Of a DNA stretch of 64,000 nucleotides, positions 58,292-64,000 are shown piece by piece. Both the position numbers and the translations under genes were made by a program. Under the pieces are notes generated by a model. It was not told where the DNA came from. It made no database searches and was given only the letters and a program-made list of their open reading frames with translations. The stretch spans positions 162,793-226,792 of the forward strand of contig JAUIBF010000001.1 in NCBI GenBank assembly GCA_030428125.1. Reading direction: 5' to 3'. How positions within the stretch are numbered: position 1 is the first letter of the stretch; each line of letters opens with the position of its first letter. Source of the DNA: a bacterium (GTDB taxonomy: Bacteria > Patescibacteriota > Saccharimonadia > Saccharimonadales > SZUA-47).

Positions 58292-59141
58292 TCCCAAAGA
58301 CATAGCGTTTGAAGAGAAAAATATCGGAACCCTTGTGGAGCTCACTAACGTATTCGAAGGTATTGCTAGTATGCGTATCTCACAGATTAAGAATCAGGTA
58401 CAGCAAGCCACTATTTACTTTAATGACTTGTGGCATATTTACTCTCAGTTGCGTGTTGATAATCTTTTTCGCTTTGGACGGAGTCAATCTGACGATGAAG
58501 TCTTAAATAAGGACCTCTTTATTGTTATTACGGCAGAAGGTGGTTTTAGTGGTGACATTGACCAAAAACTCATCAGATACATGCTTCAGGCATACGACAA
58601 AAACAAACACGATGTTTTAGTTATTGGACACCACGGTGCAATGCAACTAGCTCAACGCGGGGTTAGTTTTATCAAATACTTCAAGCTGCCGAAGAAAGAC
58701 GCGAATATCAATGTAACACCAATTATTAGGTATGTTAAAAAGTATCAGAAAACAACCGTTTACTATCAAGAATATGTCTCGTTAATGGTGCAAGATGTTA
58801 AGAAAATTGAACTTTCTGCCGCTGTGCAATCTAAAGGAAATGAATCATCAGAAGCAGACGAAATAATCACAGGCGAAAATACCATCTTCGAACCAAGTAT
58901 GTATGCAGTGGTAGACCACCTTGAGACAACGATGCTTCAGATTGCAATGAGTCAGTTAATTCTTGACTCGAAGCTTGCACAATATGCATCTAGGTTCCGG
59001 GCAATGTCGGCATCACACACAAGAGCTCAAGAGACCAAAGACGACCTTCACCTTGAATACAACCGAGCTAGACGAGCGATTAAAGACCAACGTCTGAAGG
59101 AGATTATTAACGGACTTAGAAAAGCAGGAGCAAGCGCATGA
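58284..59141 (+). CDS. atpG: Divergent F1 ATPase gamma subunit
   Basis: ITAEGGFSG, ASRFRAM and YNRARR..KDQRL.EII.G motifs; aaggagg SD (TTG at 58278 is an alternative start). Confidence 0.85.
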   Translation: MRNPKDIAFEEKNIGTLVELTNVFEGIASMRISQIKNQVQQATIYFNDLWHIYSQLRVDNLFRFGRSQSDDEVLNKDLFIVITAEGGFSGDIDQKLIRYMLQAYDKNKHDVLVIGHHGAMQLAQRGVSFIKYFKLPKKDANINVTPIIRYVKKYQKTTVYYQEYVSLMVQDVKKIELSAAVQSKGNESSEADEIITGENTIFEPSMYAVVDHLETTMLQIAMSQLILDSKLAQYASRFRAMSASHTRAQETKDDLHLEYNRARRAIKDQRLKEIINGLRKAGASA

Positions 59142-59147
59142 TGTACT

Positions 59148-60810
<1,663 letters not shown>

Positions 60811-60822
60811 GGCCTAAACTTC

Positions 60823-61119
60823 ATGGACTCAAGCGATACTAAAAAACCAGAAAAAGAACAGATGAAAGTCCCTAAGGGCAAGATGATTGTTAAAGTCTAT
60901 GCTCCGTTTAAAGATTACTTTGAAGGGCCTGCTAACAGCATTACTGCTGAAAACGATACTGGGCCATTTGATATTTTGCCGGGACATCATAAGTTTTTGA
61001 CGCTACTAAACTCTTGTGAGCTAGACATTAGAACGGACGATAACTCTGAAAAGATTAAGATTGATCGCGGAGTTATGTTTGTAAAGAAAGATCGCGTAAC
61101 TGTATTTTTGGATGTGTAA
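60823..61119 (+). CDS. atpC: F1 epsilon-like subunit (N-terminal beta domain only)
   Basis: F.G.A.SI......G.FDILPGH and GVMFV....VTV motifs; no C-terminal helices. Confidence 0.8.
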   Translation: MDSSDTKKPEKEQMKVPKGKMIVKVYAPFKDYFEGPANSITAENDTGPFDILPGHHKFLTLLNSCELDIRTDDNSEKIKIDRGVMFVKKDRVTVFLDV

Positions 61120-61120
61120 G

Positions 61121-61153
61121 AAATCGGATTTAAATCCGAGTTAACTCCGATTT
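61121..61153. promoter_or_regulatory. Three tandem 11-bp units matching the 48356 array
   Basis: aaatcggattt/aaatccgagtt/aactccgattt directly after the atpC stop. Confidence 0.55.
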
Positions 61154-61207
61154 AAGCCAAATTAACAGATACATTTAATGATAGACCACTCTTCGACCAG
61201 CCATCTA

Positions 61208-61335
61208 CTGAAGCTAAAAAAGGGAAAAGAGCAACCAGAGCATCGGATTCATTCCGTGCCCTGCGCGTTGAGGAAAACCGGGGTCCCCAAAAATCAAAGA
61301 TTTTATGGGGTATAGGTACCGTAGGTTGTCCTCAA
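61208..61335 (+). repeat. 128-bp palindromic dispersed repeat, copy 2 (after atpC)
   Basis: Near-identical to 59148-59276. Confidence 0.92.
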
Positions 61336-61346
61336 GAGCGACAGTG

Positions 61347-62327
61347 TTAATCAATTACGATGTAATCGAACGATATAGAGCCAGATGGCAAACCACTACT
61401 TGTAGCGATACTAAACGAAGTAGATGTTCTGTTGCTTAGATAGAATTTCTGAGTTCCAGTTATAGTAGGAGAGCCTTGAGAGGCTACAGGAGTAATAACG
61501 ACGTGTGGAGTTGAGTTGAATGAATTAGCAAAGCTAACAGTAGCTAATACTCCTGAACTGGCGCTGCCACCTACGTTAACTGTTACAGTGCCTGCCGTGT
61601 CAGTTCCGCTGATTGTCACAGTACCACCTGAACCAGTTGCCCCACCTCCACTAATTCCTGGAGTTGGCCCCCCTGCATCGATGTGTTGGTTGACAACTAA
61701 TTCCTCGTCAACCTGCAAACTTTGAATTGCAAATGTTGCCGCTGAAAATGTGCCAGAAAAAGTCACCGGCCCACTAACCGTTAAGCCTTCTTGAACGCTA
61801 AGTTGTCCCTGGATGCTAGCATCACCGGCTATATTCAGGGTATTTATTGTGACTTCGTCGAATGCACTAGCACCTGAAACAGTAATTCCAGGCAAGCTCA
61901 AAGATCCTCCAACTTTTATTGGTCCAGCAACATCTAGTCCGTCTCGAATCAAAACTTTTCCGGTGAATACAGAGTCAGCCTCGACGGTCAGGATTTGATT
62001 AGGGTCTCCTACACGAGCATCGCTTCCGATCAGCTCATCGACAGCTTCTTGAGTTAATTCCTGGGATTCGAACGAAGCTTCTTCGCCACCTTGGCTTGCC
62101 TGGAAAACTACAAAGAAAATGATTCCACCAACTAGTAACAAGAGCATGAATAATAGTAGGTAAATGTTTAATCCAGAAGCGAGACCCCTTAGCTTGCCTA
62201 TCGGTCCCTTAGCTTTTTTAGATGCTGGTGAGGTTTTAATCTCCTCTTTTTTTTCTACGCTAGTAGATTCCTCTTCCAGATTCTCCAGAGAGTTAGATTC
62301 CTCACCCGATTGCTTGTTTTCTTCCAT
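61347..62327 (-). CDS. Membrane-anchored fibre-like protein (beta-helix/bactofilin-like repeats plus C-terminal lectin/tail-fibre-like domain)
   Basis: One TM; L.V.G.... hexapeptide-type repeats; GTDTAGTVTV...F...F...P.VVITP...TSFSI...FDYIVI tip. Confidence 0.6.
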   Translation of the reverse strand: MEENKQSGEESNSLENLEEESTSVEKKEEIKTSPASKKAKGPIGKLRGLASGLNIYLLLFMLLLLVGGIIFFVVFQASQGGEEASFESQELTQEAVDELIGSDARVGDPNQILTVEADSVFTGKVLIRDGLDVAGPIKVGGSLSLPGITVSGASAFDEVTINTLNIAGDASIQGQLSVQEGLTVSGPVTFSGTFSAATFAIQSLQVDEELVVNQHIDAGGPTPGISGGGATGSGGTVTISGTDTAGTVTVNVGGSASSGVLATVSFANSFNSTPHVVITPVASQGSPTITGTQKFYLSNRTSTSFSIATSSGLPSGSISFDYIVID

Positions 62328-62475
62328 ATATAAAAATGCTTGATAATTTTGCTTTTGATTATAGTTTATATCACTAGTGCTTAATTACCAAAGAAAAGCT
62401 TAAGTAATTTGCATGTTTTTAAAAAAGCTGAGATACTGAACCCGTATAGTCTAAATAAACAAAAACGAGACAAAA

Positions 62476-63168
62476 ATGGCTTACAGACACAATGACGCAC
62501 TTCACAAGCATCAAAAGCGAGCTAGTAGGTTGCGAATAGTTGCAGTAGTTTTTTCACTGTTATTTTTAGTGGGTGTTGCTGTTGTTTCGTTTGATTGGAT
62601 CAGAAATCAGATTAGTAATTCAGAAACTGTAGTTTCTAGTGAAAATAGTAAAGTCGTACAATCGGCCAATGTGTCGGTGCACAGGACCGAGTTTTTTCAA
62701 TTTCAGGCGCCGGAACCGTGGATAGAAATAGCAAACGAAACCCCAAACAGGTTCGAATATGTTAAAAATAATGGGAATCTAATAACTCAAAAACTAACCG
62801 TAATTGTAGATAGGCCCGAAACTAATAGAGAAGCAGACTTTAAGCTAACAAGAGTTTTGCCAATCGATATCGATGATTTAGGGAATTTTAATCCAGCGAA
62901 TTCCGTTTCAGAACACTGTAACGATAGCTGGCCAGAAGGACTAAAGAGAAACCCTTCACGCATAGATCACGATAACGTAAGTTTTGTGTGTGCACCAAGT
63001 TCTCAGCAATATAATGTTGTAGTTGGGGTCAATGGGGGCTCCGATACTATTAATGTTGTCAGGGAAGACGGAAGCGAATTTAATCTGTTTGTCGTATTTA
63101 GTGATCTGACGGCTTATCCATCAGCAGGTGACATTTATAATATAGTCTCAAGCTTTAGAACATTATAA
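62476..63168 (+). CDS. Hypothetical membrane-anchored extracytoplasmic protein
   Basis: N-terminal TM; FQFQAPEPW; Cys pair; ends IVSSFRTL (PsbP-like pattern). Confidence 0.6.
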   Translation: MAYRHNDALHKHQKRASRLRIVAVVFSLLFLVGVAVVSFDWIRNQISNSETVVSSENSKVVQSANVSVHRTEFFQFQAPEPWIEIANETPNRFEYVKNNGNLITQKLTVIVDRPETNREADFKLTRVLPIDIDDLGNFNPANSVSEHCNDSWPEGLKRNPSRIDHDNVSFVCAPSSQQYNVVVGVNGGSDTINVVREDGSEFNLFVVFSDLTAYPSAGDIYNIVSSFRTL

Positions 63169-63203
63169 TTTATCAATCGTTATGGTATAGTTTATCCATA
63201 AGC

Positions 63204-63956
63204 ATGAAAGAAAAACTGAGGCATTTTCTAGGTTTAGTCGTAGTAACTTTGCTGCTAGGTGGAGGCGTTGCTTCGGCACAAATCCCTAGCTCAACGAACT
63301 ATAGCGTTCCTGAGTCGGGTTTTAGCACAGGGAGTGAAATAGATGCAAACTCCGCAAGCTATAACGCCAGGACCTCTATTGGAGACCTAGGCGTTGGACT
63401 GTCAGAATCTGGTTCTTACTTGGGTTTTGCAGGCTTTATAACGCCTGATGAAGAATATGTAGAACTCAATATACCGGTAACAACGGTTGATCTAGGTGGA
63501 GGATCTCCACTAGATCCTGGAGTTCCAGGATCGGGCACTGCTGTAATCACAGCAAGAACTTACTTGAATAACCAGTACATAATTGTTTCACCGAGAGACC
63601 CTCCAACAAATGAAAGTGGTGATTCTTTTGACCCGATAACAACTGCCGCGATATATAACTCGAGTGTCGAGCAGTTCGGTATGAACCTAGTCGCTAACAC
63701 CTCACCGGTCGTACAAGGCGCCGACCCAAGCAGGCAGCCAGTCGATGATGGTACATTTGCGTTTGGTGAAGCAGCTCCTGGCTACAATACAGCAGATAAC
63801 TATCAGTACAACGCCGGTGATATCATTGCTCGTTCAGTAACCAGAGGTTACGGAGAGACAGTCTATACGATATCTTATATCGCGAATATTATTTCAACTA
63901 CTCCCGCTGGGCAGTATGTAATGGAACAGGACCTAGTCATCACAGCCACTTTTTAA
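63204..63956 (+). CDS. Secreted WxL-like / pilus-subunit-like beta protein
   Basis: Signal peptide; SSTNYSV; EQFGMNLVANTSP; C-terminal YTISYIANI...TPAGQY...LVITATF. Confidence 0.55.
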   Translation: MKEKLRHFLGLVVVTLLLGGGVASAQIPSSTNYSVPESGFSTGSEIDANSASYNARTSIGDLGVGLSESGSYLGFAGFITPDEEYVELNIPVTTVDLGGGSPLDPGVPGSGTAVITARTYLNNQYIIVSPRDPPTNESGDSFDPITTAAIYNSSVEQFGMNLVANTSPVVQGADPSRQPVDDGTFAFGEAAPGYNTADNYQYNAGDIIARSVTRGYGETVYTISYIANIISTTPAGQYVMEQDLVITATF

Positions 63957-64000
63957 CAAGCTGTGGAAAACTAAGCACAAAAGTTTTGCATTTAATTTGT

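Overview
This is a bacterial chromosome segment of roughly 40% GC (by eye) using genetic code 11, since TGA serves as a stop. Gene content, protein style and the many leaderless genes suggest Saccharibacteria (Patescibacteria/CPR); this is inferred, not searched. Core genes: pyk-pgk-tpiA, pcrA/uvrD, an rpfB-like gene, rsmA, metG-tatD, iscS, tmRNA and five tRNAs (Glu, Phe, Gly, Cys, Leu). Accessory content: a ~6.3-kb serine-recombinase island in tRNA-Gly carrying an SMC/RloC-like ATPase and a HEPN-motif protein, plus several large secreted glycan-binding or adhesin proteins, one of 2609 aa. Best candidates for new biology: (1) a divergent F1-like ATPase operon with no subunit a and a subunit-c-like hairpin that lacks the acidic residue and is fused to an extracellular domain, next to fibre/WxL-like genes; (2) palindromic repeats inside that operon that form short bridging ORFs and keep stop/start overlaps intact; (3) a recurring array behind tRNA genes (hairpin, antisense copy, direct copy of that tRNA's own 3' end) and a trailer shared between tmRNA and tRNA-Leu; (4) an integrase whose C-terminus would switch on integration or excision; (5) lysine-depleted orphan proteins. 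All calls come from reading the sequence; no database searches were run.
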